A DNA stretch of 64,000 nucleotides from the human T2T-CHM13v2.0 reference genome, Homo sapiens. The notes beneath the pieces were generated by a model that did not search any database, had not been told where the DNA came from, and worked only from the letters and a program-made list of their open reading frames with translations. This document shows, one piece after another, positions 62,488 through 64,000 of the stretch (its first letter is position 1; every line of letters begins with the position of its first letter). Location: assembly GCF_009914755.1 (NCBI RefSeq), contig NC_060931.1; one strand, 5' to 3'. A program made the translations under genes and the position numbers.

Positions 62488-64000
62488 TTACCTAACCAAA
62501 CCAATGCAATGATGATTCAAATCAAATTTAACAACAAATTCCAAACTAGAGTGACCTGCTCCCCTTTGGATTGTCTCTTTGAAAGGGAGAGGCCATGAAT
62601 GTCCTTCCATCAGGGATGAGGGTCTTTGCTCCCTACATTGCCTCCTGTAGTCACTGGCAATGATATCAGTGAATCTAAACTCCCATGAGTGGGTCATAAT
62701 GAATACTAGACTGATATTAGATTTTATCCTAGCTATCTGAAATAGGAATGACTGGTCTCCCTTGCCCCCAGAACTTTTAGACAGTTGGTTGAGCCCGGGA
62801 CCCTGGGGACATGGGTGAGATCAATATGGCAGACTTGCTGCACTGTATTGCTTGAAGTCCTGTCAATAGCAGCCTTAATTTTAAATGTGATAGGAATCAA
62901 ATTAAACAGATTTGGTCCCTTTGTTGGTCAGACTAATCAGAGCAGCTGATGAGGTAGCATACTCATGGGAAAATGTGAATTTGGCCAAGGATCTGTCAGG
63001 CCTTGTGGTGGATTTTTGTGACAGGCAATTTGCCACAGGCTCTGATTGTCTCTGCATGCTCTTGCTGGGGATGACAAGAATGCAAGGTCCTGACTGTTCC
63101 TTGCTTGGGATATTTCTCAGGGTTGTGTTTGCAGTAGACAGCCTTGACAAAGCAATATCCCCCTGCCCCAGACAAAGGGCAGACTTGCTCACCACTTACT
63201 ATTAAATTGTATGTTCCCAAGCTCAGTGTTCCTTAGCTGCAGTACAAACACACTGCGTGTACAGTAACCACCTGGGCCCCTCCACATCACCCCTGGGGGA
63301 CTTGGGGACAAGGAAAACCAATGCTAACTAACACAAACCTCGTGCAACTTGTTCTGCCATGAGTAGTGTAGTCCTTTGTCTCTGATCCAGTCTCATGTCA
63401 TCTGCCAGCATCCATGAAACCATAACAGGCTTACTAGCTTGTAAGATGGGCAAAATTCCCGACTTTCACAGATTCCAACACACATGACCCAAGTAGGGCC
63501 AATCAGGGATTCTTCCCAAAGATACTTCCTCAAGAGCACTTCCCCAGAGTTCTTTCCCACTGATAGATGGGTGATGGGAAAATGCCATCCATTTTATCTC
63601 TCTCTCCTTCTTCCCTTTATTAGTTTATATACAAGTTGTTGGAGGTTAGCTTTACAATTTGGTCTTTTGGTAACAGAATATTTAGAGGGACTGTGATCAA
63701 ATTCGAGTAATGAATATAGCCAGAGATAGATAAAATTGTTGTTGGCACGAGTATCTTCTCATTTGGGAGAAAGGGTAGGAATATTTTCCCTGGTAAGAAG
63801 GATAGCTGTATTTTGTTCGTTGTCATATAGAAGTTCAGGTATGTGTAGGAGGGTGCATATGGAAACTGAGTAGCCAAAGGGGTGGGCTGTGACAGTTATC
63901 ACTTTAGAGCCTCTGAATTCCAAATCCACTCTTCGTTATCCTCCTTTGTGATACTGGAGATGAATCCTGTAAACATTTCTTTGCCTGCTAGCACGATATT

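Noticed and set aside
62690-63480. Possible old ERVL-internal or LTR remnants and ORFs 62902-63220
   Set aside because: Too degenerate to assign by eye; no convincing protein motif

Overview
Primate, almost certainly human, genomic DNA; I recognise it as the GGCT locus (7p14-15, between NOD1 and GARS1). It is not prokaryotic, and most ORFs in the supplied track are repeat-derived noise. Main contents: (1) the complete GGCT gene on the minus strand (4 coding exons, 188 aa, CpG-island/CCAAT promoter, one alternative exon); (2) an LTR12/ERV9 solo LTR inserted inside an Alu about 1.8 kb upstream of GGCT in the same orientation, plus an ERVK-class solo LTR; (3) a duplicated GOLGA6/GOLGA8-type segment keeping four open, phase-0 exons with canonical splice sites; (4) a ~10 kb HERV-K14/LTR14-type provirus with both LTRs and a 6-bp TSD, carrying a spliced TRPC6 fragment and interrupted in its dUTPase region by a full-length L1PA with an open, extended antisense ORF0; (5) many Alu, L1M, L2, MER, MaLR and simple repeats. 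The most interesting unproven observation is that the ORF0 donor, the GOLGA exons and GGCT exon 2 are all on the minus strand and phase-compatible, so read-through splicing could give in-frame chimeric proteins. Repeat subfamily names are by eye and boundaries of old repeats are approximate.
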